Positions 25,331-37,256 of a DNA stretch of 64,000 nucleotides are shown here, one piece after another. Under the pieces are notes generated by a model. The model saw nothing but the letters and a program-made list of their open reading frames with translations. It ran no database searches and was not told where the DNA came from. The translations under genes and the position numbers were made by a program. The stretch is from Octopus vulgaris (taxonomy: Eukaryota). The DNA lies in assembly GCA_951406725.2 (NCBI GenBank), contig OX597831.1:42842001-42906000 (forward strand), read 5' to 3'. Numbering within the stretch: the stretch's first letter is position 1; the number at the start of each line of letters is the position of its first letter.

Positions 25331-26389
25331 AGTGTTTACATGCACTTTTCACACAGCATTTGTTGGTGGTGGTACCAAAATTTCAAAATATTCTCTGCTT
25401 ATTTAACTTAAAGTTACCCTTTGCTATAGTTCCTACTGGTAAGAAAACTAAGAGCATCAGTGGTAGTATCAAACATAGACACTAATCCATGTTGATATTA
25501 GATTAAGTAGAACTGATCAGATGCTTGGGAGAGGCATAATTAATAGGTGTGTTGATGAATTATTATCTTATCTTATTATAATTCTGCTAGTCATTGTGTT
25601 ACTTAACTCATTGGTAATGCTTTCGCATGATTAGAGGTAAAGAGGGAGAGAGAAGCATTCATGACATGAGGTAGAGGGAATGCAATTGTAATGTTTTCAT
25701 GTGATTAGTTGAAGCGAGAGAGAGAGAGGAAGGAGAAAAAGAGGGTAAGGTGAAGAGTGAGAAAGAAAAAGTGGGAGGAAGACGTGTCCATGATGTAAGG
25801 TGGGGGAATGTAATATTATGTGGTTAAAAGTTAGTTGAAGGTAGAGGAGGCGTTAAAAATATAATTTTAGCAGAGGGGTGATGTTCTGATAGTGAGGTTA
25901 AAGACAGAGGGAGGGGGAGAGAGAGATGATGATGGTGGTGATTGGATAGTGAAAAGTGATTTTTTTATTTTTTAATTAAACCAAGTTTTTATATATCACC
26001 AGTCACTTAACACGTGCATAAGTGCAATTCCATGAAATATTCATGCTTATCTAGGTGGCAGATATATGCAATTTAACTAAAGGTTGTATCATATGTACGG
26101 AATTTTTTTTATTTATGGGGAAAAGGGAAAAATAAGAGTGAATATTTTTTTTATGAGTGTGCATTGAGTCTATAAAATTGTGCATAAATTATATAAACTG
26201 TATATATAAAGTACAATATGTAATCATCGTATTCCAGTTTCTTTCACTTTACAATAAGTAGCAGATGAGCAACTATCTTTCGATACAGACACAACACAGG
26301 CTATGCTTTCAGGTTTTTGGATAAAGTTTCAGAAATAACCCAATAGGTTTACCATCAATTCCATGAAATATTCACGGGTCCTGATAGTT

Positions 26390-26605
26390 AAGCCGGCAGA
26401 ATCGTTAGCATACTGGATGAAATGCTTAATGGTATTTCGACTGTTACTACATTCTGAGTTCAAATTCTGCAGAGGTTGATTTTACCTTTCATCCTTTCAG
26501 GGTCTCAAAGTTAAGTACCAGTGAAACACTGGGGGCAATGTAGTCAACTAGTTCCCTACCTACAAATTTCAGGCCCCGTGCCTTTAGTAGAAAGCATTAT
26601 TATTA
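26390..26605 (+). mobile_element. SINE family A copy
   Basis: GGCAGAATCGTTAGCA head, TTCTGAGTTCAAATTC, core and tail. Confidence 0.8.
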
Positions 26606-27716
26606 TGTGACTAAGGATGGTTCAGCAAAATAGTTAATCAGTCAAAGCTTTGGAACCAAGAATACAGGAAAATTGGTGTGGCTGTATGTAAATGCAAACA
26701 CACACACACACACACACACATATATATTCTACTCAGATCAAATCCTATCTTTCTAGCTGAATAAATTAAGTTCAATTAAAGAACGAACAAGTGGAGGTGG
26801 AGAAGGAGGGTTAATTTTAATTATTTGTTCCCTCTCACAAAATTTATAACCTTGTGCCTATTGACAGAACTGTGTTGGTGCATGTGGGATGTGGGTGAGG
26901 GAAAGATAACCAAAAGCAGCAGAGCTCCAAACTGTTGTTATCTTAGTTTTCCTTATCCTCGGTTCTGATTTCAAATCCCAGTAAACTCAATTTACCCTTC
27001 ACTGCTCTGAGAGTTAAAAAAAAAAAAAAAAAACCAAAAAAAAAAAACACAAAGAAAACAAACAAATAAAACCTAGTGACTTGTAAGGAATCAATATTTT
27101 TAACATTAAAATATAAAAATTTGTTATTAGCAATGGAAGCTGTTTTAGTTCAAAACGGCAATCTGCAAATTGTACTAAAAGCAGATATGTCACTGAAAGC
27201 CTGTTAAACTGCAGTATTTGTCTGAAAAAAAATTGAACTAGTATTTTTGTGTTTTGATGCTTTATCTATAAGAGATACTTTCTCAAGATGAATATTGTTG
27301 TTTATCAGGCTTTGAACAATATATCTGCTTTATGCATAATATACAGATTGCTGTTTTAATATGTAATTTGCAATCAAGGCCAATTGATGCCATAATTCCA
27401 ACCTTAATAATGGTTTACCCCTTAACCCTTCAATTATCTGACAAAAAGACGCTGACAGAGTAAATACTGGACATTACATAATGGGTTCAGTTTTTTTCTC
27501 TCTAGGCTCTTTAGCAGAATTAAACAAAATCTATTTTTCTAATTCTATTTATTTAGCACTAAATACCGATAACTAGTTTAAGATTATGGACTAAGTAAAA
27601 ATAACTATTTACTAACAATGAGCAGCAGTACTTTCATTTGAAACGTTTACTAAAAATACAATGACAATTGTAGCTTCTGGAAGCATTCATCTTGTATATA
27701 GCATAATCATTCTTAA

Positions 27717-27928
27717 CTCTTTAGCATTCAGATTACTCTGTCAAATGCCTTGTTTATTTATTCGCATTGTTTTGAATTAATCACGGATTATCTCGCAGCT
27801 TCTAGATTTGATGTGATTGTTTTTTATACGACACTGTAGGGTGGGTGCGCAAGGCCAAATCTAGCTGGTTTAAACATAAAATGGGTAGAACATTCTGGTT
27901 GGATATGGCTGGTTTAAATGCTGAAGGG
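27717..27928. mobile_element. piggyBac-like MITE (TTAA target)
   Basis: TTAA|CTCTTTAGCATT ... AATGCTGAAGGG|TTAA. Related copies at 33443-34242 and 47090-47300. Confidence 0.7.
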
Positions 27929-28172
27929 TTAAAAGACAATACTTTTACATTATTTATGAAAAATAGTTAGAATAAGAAGAAACCCCTATTTTATATATAT
28001 ATATAAATATTTGAAAGAATCACAACTGTTACAAACCCACAAGCAAAGAGCAAGGTGGTAAATCTGGAAAAATGTACAAGAAAAACATACTATGGTGATA
28101 CTATAGAATTATTATAAACTTAGAAATATTATTTCTAAGTCTCTCTAAAGGAGACTACAGCAGCGGTACTGG

Positions 28173-28469
28173 ATATTAATAGTTATCACCAAGTTAACAT
28201 GGCAGTCCAGATAAATAGGATGAATGCTGCTGTTGATTAGCTCCAAGAGGCCATCGCCTCTAGCTAGCTATGTGACACATGAACCTGTGTCCATTACAAC
28301 CTTCGAACAGGGGTTATAATGCTGACCTCCCCTGTTTGAAGGTTATAATGGACACATGTTTGTGTGTCACGTAGCTAGCTAGAGGCGATGGCCTCTTGGA
28401 GCTAATCAACAGCAGCATTCGTCCTATTTATCTGGACTGCCATGTTAGCTTGGCGATAACTATTAATAT
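28173..28469. repeat. ~297-bp foldback palindrome (MITE-like)
   Basis: ~140-bp arms ATATTAATAGTTATCACCAAG...CCTTCGAACAGGGG / CCCCTGTTTGAAGG...CTTGGCGATAACTATTAATAT, ~15-nt loop, scattered transition mismatches. Confidence 0.9.
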
Positions 28470-28538
28470 TATAAACTTATTATTACTATTATTATTATTA
28501 CTAGAAAAGCATATGTAATACAGACCGACTTTGTTGAA

Positions 28539-28800
28539 TTAAATAATATTTCTACAATACATCTGTCTTCTTCATGTTCAAAATAAGACAAGAATAACAG
28601 AAAATGAGAAATTCAAAATTTCAGCTTGATTATCTTGCGTACCTTCCTAGATACAAATAGACATTGTTTTGCTTGTTCATAAATAAATAAACAAGGGAAA
28701 AGAAGAAAAAAATATTAAGTTCAACAAATATTGAATCTGTGTTATATATTGCACTCTTCTAATTGCTTATTTACCTTCATGGAGTATTATGTCAATCTTC

Positions 28801-28839
<39 letters not shown>

Positions 28840-29295
28840 GAACGGTGCTATTGGGTTTATAGTAGATTGGTTATTTTATAGTTTGAACAATATTTAGACA
28901 GTTCATTTGCCGTCTACAGGTTCAAAATGTAAAATGAAAACAACTACAGAAATAAAGAAATTCAAAACACAAACGAGAAAATCCTGTGTTCCTATTCTGA
29001 TAGAATGACATCAATAGTTTTCAATTTTGTAACTTTTTTTCTCTTTTTCTTCCGTATACCAGTTACAAAATTGAAAATTATTGATGTCATCCTATCAGAA
29101 TAGGAATGCAGAATTTCCTCATTTGTATTTTGAATTTCTGTTTGTATGGTTGTTCTCATTTTACATTTTGAGCCTGAAGAAGTCAGATGAGCTGTTGAAA
29201 AATCATTCAAACCATTAAATAAACAATCTATTACAAATTGCATTACACTGTTCTAATTGTCTATTTACCTTCATGAAGAGTTACATCAATCTTTA
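28539..29295. mobile_element. Decayed Penelope-like/retrozyme-type inverted repeats with three hammerhead-ribozyme remnants
   Basis: Arms 28861-29034 / 29061-29232 are inverted. Ribozyme-like motifs at 29167-29211 (+), 28882-28926 (-) and 28539-28582 (-). AATAAA downstream of the + copy. Confidence 0.65.
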
Positions 29296-30054
29296 TAAAA
29301 TATTATTTCTTGTAGCTTAAAAAGCAGAATGTTCAAAATTTTCCATAACAATGTTTTTTTTCTTTGTTATAAAGATATTTCTTAAAATGGCAAGTTTTTG
29401 GACAAAAGCATAAATACAATACTTTTCATTTTTTTTTTATCCTTTTTCATTTGGTACCATATATAAAGGATACAGTCCATAGCAGTTTTCAATTAGTCTC
29501 TCGTGCAACAGACAGGTATGGTTAATGGGTAGATGAATTGGGAAGGAATGAAAGATTTAGTTATTGCAATTATTTTTTTTTCTTTTTAATCTAAATTGTT
29601 ACTGCTTCTAGATCATATACATTCCAGTGGGAAAAAGAAAGAAAAAGACAATTTGAGGCAAAGTGTTGATGTTAACATAGACTGATCTATTGAGGGTGGA
29701 TATGGTATGTGAACACTGAATGGAATGATAAGCTGTTGGCAAGGTGAGGTGGCAGGGTGATACAAGAATTTCAATCACATCTTGTTTTCCTTTCTTACAA
29801 GTAACCTGATAAATCCTTTGACTGTGAAAAGAAAAACAAAAAATAAATGCATGCTTCAGATACCCTTATTTGACACACTACATGATAACAAAAGTCTTCA
29901 ATATTAAGTGACTCATAACAGCATAAGGGTTTACTTTGAGAGGGTGCAAACAATAGTAAGGTAGGGGTGGAATAAAGCTGAAGTTTGATAAATCACAGGG
30001 AATAGGAATAAAAAACAGCTACCCTAACACACACACACACACACTCACATAGGT

Positions 30055-30262
30055 ATCAAATTTTGACTTAAGGCCAGAAATTCCAGGAAGGGAGTAAGTT
30101 GATTACATTGGTTCCTAGTGCTCAACTGGTACTTATTTTATCAACCCCCTAAAAGATTGAAAAGCAAAGTGGACTTCAGCAGTATTTGAACTCAGAATGT
30201 ACAGACATGAAATGCCACTAAGCATTTTGCTTGGCATGCTAACAATTTTGTCAGCTCACCCC
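30055..30262 (-). mobile_element. SINE family A copy
   Basis: CTCAACTGGTACTTATTTTATC..GCAAAGT..TTTGAACTCAGAATG. Confidence 0.75.
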
Positions 30263-30431
30263 CTTGCACACACACACATATTAACAGCTGTGAAGCTAAA
30301 TCAATGACTCCAAGCAATAGCTTTGTGCTAAAGTACGTATCAACACAAAGCTTTAGGCACTTGATTCACTGATGTAGCTCCATAGTTAGACGAATACTCT
30401 TTTATGCATTGAATTTCTCCCGGTTGATAAT

Positions 30432-30650
30432 AACAAGAGCACTCAGAGACTGCAAACCTCTGCCAAGGCAACATCAACATCTTCTCAACGATTAGCCAGA
30501 GATGAGTTTTAAAATGAGAATATCTTAAATAAACTTGACTGCTCTCACAAATGAGAATACTAAAAATGAACTTGACCACTCTCAAAAATTAAGTAAAAAA
30601 AAAAAAAAGGGAAAAATAATCCAGAATCCTTTTCCGGTACTGGATCGATC
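30432..30650 (+). mobile_element. HINE/DINE-1-like (Helentron-associated) element, truncated copy
   Basis: AACAAGAGCACTCAGAGA..AAACCTCTGCCAAGGC start; homologous to 56417-56770. Confidence 0.6.
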
Positions 30651-30879
30651 CATTGGGATCAGCCATCTTCACAGTCATGGAATGTGAAGATGGCGGTAGA
30701 AAATTTAGTAACAGCAGTACAAGCCAAAGTTAACAAATTCACCATTCAAAATAGTTACAGCCTAAAGGGAGATAACTGAGAAAGACTTGAAAGTTAACAT
30801 AAGATCGTAATCATGTAAAATAAATGGTCTTGTTTTCAGACATAGTGTATCTTTTTTTTAGAAGTAGGGTAATGAGCCG

Positions 30880-31207
30880 TTTTGATCATGAATGACCTTA
30901 GGATTGCACCTAGAATTTACCCTCCAATGCACAAGTCCAGGCAAGGTTGTTTATGGACGACTAGCAGCCACCTGTGCATAGCAGCCTCCCCTCTTCACAC
31001 CACCAATGTTATCCAAGGGAAAGGCAAAGGCCGATACAGCTTGGCACCAGTGACGTCAAAACTCATTTCTACAGCTGAGTGGACTGGAGCAATGTGAAGT
31101 ACAGTGTCTTGTTCAAGAACACAACACACAGCCTGGTCTGAGAACCAAACTCACTACTTCATGGTTATGAGCTCGATGCTCTAACCACTGAGCCATGTGT
31201 CTTCACA
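30880..31207 (-). mobile_element. tRNA-derived SINE (additional family)
   Basis: Reverse strand reads ACATGGCTCAGTGGTTAGAGCATCGAGCTCATAACCATGAAGTAGTGAGTTTG (A/B-box-like), followed by GTGTTCTTGAACAAGACACT (CORE-like). Confidence 0.65.
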
Positions 31208-31593
31208 TCCTACTCTGTCTAGAATTATACTTTACTTTTTTCAAAATTTTTTCTTACTGGGTTTTGAGGAAGGGGTAGTGCCTATTACCTTTTTAAGCCA
31301 TACTATTTTGGAGAGGTTGATGTCAGTAATGTTCCTCTCAAACCTTTGTAAGTTAATAGCTGTAGAAAAGGCATGAGCTGGGACGGAACTCCAGAGGGAC
31401 AACGTTTTGGGTGGAAGGACTGGGGATAGTAATTAGTGTAGGGCTTGGAGTGTGGTAGAACTTGACAAAACAAAGCTAAGTGGTGTGTGCATCATGAATG
31501 CTTGAGTAGAGTATGGCATGAACCCACCCATATGCAAGGAGTAGAAGGGGGGCATTATGTATGCCTTTTATTGTTTTTCTTAAGATGCTAGAC

Positions 31594-32159
31594 CAGAGGT
31601 TCTCAACCAGATCCATATAACCCTTGGGGGTCCATATTTTATATTTATGCGCCCTTTTCAAGCCTGGCCAGGCTCATGGGCCCGGTTTCCCGGTTTCTGG
31701 GCATATGTGTTTCCCCCTAGCTGGATGAGGTGCCAGTGCATCGCAGTGTTACTCAAGAAACAGGAAGAAAGAGTGAGAGAAAGTTGGGGCGAAAGAGTAC
31801 AACAGGAGTCACCACCACCCCCTGCCAGAGCCTCGTGGAGCTTTTTTAGGTGTTTTTTCTCAATAAACACACACAACGCCCGGTCTGGGAATCGAAACCG
31901 CGATCCTCGGACAGCAAGTCCGCTGTCCTAACCACTGGGCCATTGCACCTCCGGGGGTCCATATGAGATGTTAAAATTTATGTGCAATATAAACTGGTTA
32001 TATTTCTTCAATACACAAAATATTTAAACTATTTTTTATACAATTCCTAATAATATTTAATCATAAAAATATAATAGTTTTTAGACATTGAATGACTAGA
32101 AGGGTCCCACCCACTGAGTAAAATGGGAATCATAGGTAAAAACTGGTTGAGAATCACTG
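31594..32159. mobile_element. hAT (Charlie/Buster-type) MITE with nested SINE
   Basis: TIRs CAGAGGTTCTCAACC / GGTTGAGAATCACTG; 8-bp TSD TGCTAGAC / TACTAGAT. Related right end at ~22050-22173. Confidence 0.8.
31638..31952 (-). mobile_element. tRNA-derived SINE family C, full length
   Basis: Head GGAGGTGCAATGGCCCAGTGGTTAGG..GGTTTCGATTCC; 12-bp TSD GGGGGTCCATAT (31626-31637 / 31953-31964). Confidence 0.9.
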
Positions 32160-32572
32160 TACTAGATTTGAGGGAGTTGTCTGCTATTTCAAGCAGGCTG
32201 ATTAAACATGTGGAAGCTTCTTCATTGCCATGATAGGTGTGTGTATTTGAATGTGTGTGAGAAATATGTACATGAAATGAGAAAACCTACACAATCATAT
32301 TTATGAAATCTATATATTCTATTCCATTCACCTATTTTTGGTCCACTGCTGAATGCAAAAGAGTCAGCACTGCATGGCCAGCTTGTCTATACTGGTTGTG
32401 GGCCTATTATCTATGTTGGCCAGTTTTGTAGGGTTACTTCTGAGACCAGGTTGACTCACCTCTAGTTGTTGGCACCTAGGTGGAATTTGAACTCGGAATG
32501 CCAAGAGCCAGGGCAGATATGGCAGAATATCTCATCCGACCTACTAACAATCTTATAAATCTGCAATTCTCA

Positions 32573-32937
32573 TAGGCGTAGGAGTGGCTGTGTGGTAAGT
32601 AGCTTGCTTACAAACCATGTGGTTCCAGATTCAGTGCTACTGCGTGGCACCTTGGGCAAGTGTCTTCTACTATAGCCTCGGGCCGACCAAAGTCTTGAGT
32701 GGATTTGGTAGACGGAAACTGAAAAGAGGCCCGTCATATATATGTATGTATGTGTGTGTATGTGTGTCTGTGTTTGTCCCCACAACATCGCTTGACAACC
32801 GATGCTGGTGTGTTTACTTGCCCATAACTTAGCGGTTCGGCAAAAAAGAGACCGATAGAATAAGTACTAGGCTTACAAAGAATAAAGGCGGTGCTCCAGC
32901 ATGGCCACAGTCAAATGACTGAAACAAGTAAAAGAGT
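32573..32937 (+). mobile_element. SINE family B, full-length copy (tRNA head, CORE-like domain, internal TG/TA microsatellite)
   Basis: GGCGTAGGAGTGGCTGTGTGGTAAG..GGCACCTTGGGCAAGTG..GACTGAAACAAGTAAAAGAG. Confidence 0.9.
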
Positions 32938-33442
32938 ATACTTTATCAATCCTGTAGAAAGGAAAAGCAAAATTAACCTTGGCAGGATTTGAACTCAGAT
33001 TATAAAGAACTGCAATAAACACTGCAAAGCGTTTCATCAACTACATTTGCATATTGCTTATTGTTCCCTTCATTTTCTTTAATTTTCTGTGCTTTGTGTT
33101 AGCACTGATTCCTCAGTCATTTTCATTGTTTTTACATCCACTTTTCCAATGCAGACTTAATTTGGATGAAACTTTTGAGGGGCAGTATTTTATGGCTAGA
33201 TGTTCTTAATTTTAGTTGCTTTTTATGACACACAGACAGATACTGAGTAGTTATTCTAGTTAATTATACCTTAGCTGCAGGATGAGTGTCCTTCTGTGAA
33301 CCACTCAACCAAGAAGTGGTAAACAATGTTTAGTTTTCAGCTAAAATGGAGTGAATGTGTCACACTTGTTCAGCTAATATTTCTGTGTTGTAAAGTCAGG
33401 GATCTGACAAAACTATTGAAGACCTGTGATAGCAGCAATTAA

Positions 33443-34242
33443 GCCTTTAGCATTTAATCTAGCCCAAATATATTCTACCTGTTTTATGTTAAAACTGACC
33501 AGATCCAAACTATCACACCTACTCTACAATCTCATTCTAAAACTATAGGATCTTTACCTTTTGACCTACAGATTTAAAAAATAATTTTTCGTAGCTAAAC
33601 ACTTTCAAACTTTGGACACTGGTAGAATGTGTCATATAAAACATCTTGTACTCTTAGCATTTTTGAGAAAAACTTATATTTACGAAGTTATTTCACATGA
33701 AAGTTATTGTATTTCGGTAATTTCAAACAATCAATGATGTGTATTCAGCTGAATAAAATTACTGCCGTTGTTTGTCAACAACTATCGGCGGTGTATTTTT
33801 CGTTTGTCACTGTTATTTATGACATCGTTCATGCGTTTGTACTGGTTTTGAGGTTAGGTTTGTCATAAATAACAGTGACAAACGAAATATACATTGCTGG
33901 AAGTTCTTGTTGACAAACAACAGCAGTAATTCTATTCAGCTGAATACACATCATTGATTGGTTGAAATTACCGAAATATGAGAACTTTAATATGAAATAA
34001 CTTTGTAAATATAAAATGCTAAGAGTAAAAGATGTTTTATGACACATTCTACCAGTATACGAAGTTTGAAAGTGTTTAGTTACAAAAAACTATTTTTTTA
34101 AATCCGTAGATCAAAATGTAAAGATCCAAACTATACAAACGCACCATTGAAATGTTGAAGCTCCAAAATAATGTGTGATTAACTTAAAGCAATGTGAGTA
34201 AATAAGCAATACATTTGACAAAGGAATTTGAATGCTAAAAGG
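33443..34242. mobile_element. piggyBac-like MITE (TTAA target) hosting a foldback element
   Basis: TTAA|GCCTTTAGCATT ... AATGCTAAAAGG|TTAA; same family as 27717 and 47090. Confidence 0.7.
33548..34127. mobile_element. 580-bp foldback MITE with long TIRs and 8-bp TSD
   Basis: GGATCTTTACCTTTTGACCTACAGATT ... AATCCGTAGATCAAAATGTAAAGATCC; arms ~270 bp; TSD AAACTATA (33540-33547 / 34128-34135). Confidence 0.9.
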
Positions 34243-34319
34243 TTAAGTTGAAGGAAAGTTTGCAAAATGTGCCAACAGCTAGATCAACATCTTCACATTA
34301 AGCTAATAATCTGTGTTAA

Positions 34320-34523
34320 CCCTTTTGTTATCTTATTTTTGTTGAAATATACTGACATTGTTTCAGTTAATTTTGAAACTAATGAATTAAGTAAAATAAT
34401 TTCACTACAAAAGCTGGAACACAAATTAACATGAAATTTTGATAGGTTTCAATTTACATTGCTTTAAAACAGTAAGTTTATATTCTACAACCAATGACTA
34501 AGGCAAGTTGATATCAAAAGACT
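34320..34523. mobile_element. Second piggyBac-like MITE family (degenerate)
   Basis: TTAA|CCCTTTTGTTATC ... GATATCAAAAGAC|TTAA. Confidence 0.45.
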
Positions 34524-34824
34524 TAAAGGGTAAAACTCCAACAAACATTAGACTTTTTATTCTTCACAGCAATGAAACTTAGAGAATTTGGTTCAACTTA
34601 ATATGAACTATCAATTTTTTGTAACTGAACCCCATAGTCTACAACTATATCAACATTTTATCTGGTTATCTTGGAATACAAGATATGGCCTGATGATTAA
34701 GGTGCTAGACTTCTGGCTACATAGTCCATGAGTTCAAATTAATGTGCTGTTGTGTGTACTTAAATCTGTGTCCTTCAGTTTACTTCATTAGTTATAAAAA
34801 AAAAACCTTACTCCTATGTGTCCC

Positions 34825-35212
34825 CAAAGTCCATCCCCTCCTCACCGTGGTGGGAACGCTGGCAACGGGTAGTGTCAGAGCTATGCCGTTGGGAACTTCA
34901 GTTCCTGGTAGGGCCACCCAAGGCGGATTGGTCTGGCACCGAGTGGCAGCTCCTCAGTCGTTCTGTCCTTGCGTCTGCGGACAATCTGTGGCAAACAGGA
35001 TGTCTCCACATGCGGGATTGTGGGGGACCGCTTGTGAAATCCACATATTCCCACGAAACTTCTTCCATGAGTAGAAGAAGCCAACTCAACCGGCCCAGGG
35101 TGAATGTAGCCAAAAGTACAAGTAAGGAAGTTACTCCTGTCAGTGATAAGCAGAATGAAAGTCACCCAACCATAGAAATTATTTCCATTCATACAAGCAT
35201 GGAAAACAAATG
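34825..35212 (+). mobile_element. GC-richer retroelement-like remnant (RTE-related SINE/LINE ends)
   Basis: Composition shift; 3' CCAACC..CATACAAGCATGGAAA tail shared with other RTE-type tails in the window. Confidence 0.4.
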
Positions 35213-36009
35213 AACAAATAATTATTTTTACACAAAATGGTGATGAATCAATCATTTAAGCTCTGTTCTCCCATACAGTCATACAGATTGATCAGGTCTC
35301 TAATCTACTATTATTTCCTTTTATCTTAATTCTACTTCGTCATCTCACCCGTTAAGCCCCTATTTGTTAAATTTCACATAACTACTCATGAGACTTTAGT
35401 TTGGCAGGGGCTACAGTAAAAAGTACTTGCCTAAGGTGTTGTGCAGTGGGACTGAACCTGAGACCACATGGTTGGGAAGCAAGCTTTTTAAGCATACAAC
35501 CGTACTTGTAATAGCGTATAATAAACCGATATATAATATGTTATTTCTTTTTCTAATATACAATTCCATTGTTTGTTTGTTTTACGTCTGTTTTTCCCTG
35601 TTAGCATGAGTTGGATGGAAACTTGAGACAGTATTTTATAGTCACCAACCTTTTAACTGTTTTTAAGAAACTGATTTTACATTCTACTGGTCTTTGAAAG
35701 TATGAAGCGACAAGATGTATCATAAGCAGGGAATGTAGTCAAGGCATTACCATTTTGCTCAGATGGTGACATGCAAAGACATGAAATATCGATGTTTACA
35801 CAAGCACACACACTTGATAGGCTTCCATACAGTTTCTGTCTACTAATACAGCTCAGAAGGAATTAGTTGGGCCCAAAGGTTGTGGGAGATGATATTTGTT
35901 CAAGGTGTCATGCAGTGAGATAGAACTCAGTCGTGAGATTACAAAGCAATCACCATTCCTACACAACCAAACTTGTGCCTCTCTCTATATATACACACAC
36001 ACATACATA

Positions 36010-37256
36010 CAGGGTGCAATGGGTAAATTATTGCTATTTTATATTTTTTATTTCGTGTTTGCACATTGTTTTTGACTTTATCAACTACATATTATCGTTG
36101 GGTCAGTTGGGCACTGTCTGTGAGAAAAACAGCACTATGACACAATTCACTCTGTCAGAAATTTGGAAATGACATGCTGTACTGCTTGGCATTAATGCTG
36201 GAAGCTTCAATATGAACATTTCAGTGTGTCAATCTGAGGACAGTGCAGAGGATATGGAAAGAGTTGGCAGCTTGGAAAACCCACTCTTTTTGTTCTGATA
36301 AGAAAAGAACTCCTGAATTTGTTGGTGAGACCCAGACCACGATTAACAATGATCCCTCCAATTCAATCAGGTCCATTGCCAGGAACATGTGAGTCTGAGT
36401 TTCTTATCAGGCAGGGAGTGCATAAAGACATTCGGTATTTCTTATACAAAATGAGAAATGGCCAATTTTCATCCCAAGCCATCAAGGACAAGAAAGACTG
36501 CACTACAAAGTTTTTCAACAAACTCAAACATCCCCTCCAACCGAACATGCTTTGGTTTTTCTCAGACAAGAAAAATTTCTGCCAGGATCAGATGGTGAAC
36601 ATACAGAACAACCATTGGCTTGCCATGTCCCCAAAACATGTACCGAGAGAGATAAAAAATCAAACATCCAGTCAACATCATGGTGTTTGGAGTGGTCACT
36701 AGTGATGGCGACGTTATGCCTCCATTCATCTTCCCACACAGCCTTAGACTCAACATGGAGGCCTACATCAAGTGCCTGGAGGAGGTAGTGCTGCACTGGA
36801 TCAAGAGGGTGGCTGCTGGAAGACCCTATGTCTGGCAACAGGACTCTGCACCATGACACACAAGCAGGAGAACCCAGTCATGGCTGTCAGACAATTTCTG
36901 TGACCACATCAACTCCTAACATCTGGCCACCTAACTCCCTAGACTGCAACCCCCTTGGTTATTGTGTGTGGGGAGCATTTGAGTGAGAGACCAACAAAAC
37001 TGCTTATAACACCAAAGATGAACTGAAGGCAAGGATTATGGCACCATCCAACAACTTAATCAAGGAGACTGTCTAGAAGAGTTGCAGGAGATTCAGAAGG
37101 CATCTAGAGGCTGTGGTTGAAGCCAATGATGATTTTATTGAATAAATTTACTCTTTAGCATTTCAAGATATTTTTATGTAATTTTGATAAATATACCTGT
37201 TAAAATGAGATGTCAGTGTTATTTTCATATTTGCATAATTTATTCACCTCATCCTG
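36010..37256 (+). mobile_element. maT-family (DD37D) transposon, decayed, copy 2
   Basis: TA|CAGGGTGCAATGGGTAAATT ... AATTTATTCACCTCATCCTG|TA; colinear with 23426-24677; WFFSDKKNF, WQQDSAP, WPPNSLDCNPL. Confidence 0.9.

Noticed and set aside
23426-37256. Two maT copies as a composite transposon or segmental duplication
   Set aside because: Each has its own TIRs and independent decay, and the flanks are unrelated, so they are separate insertions.
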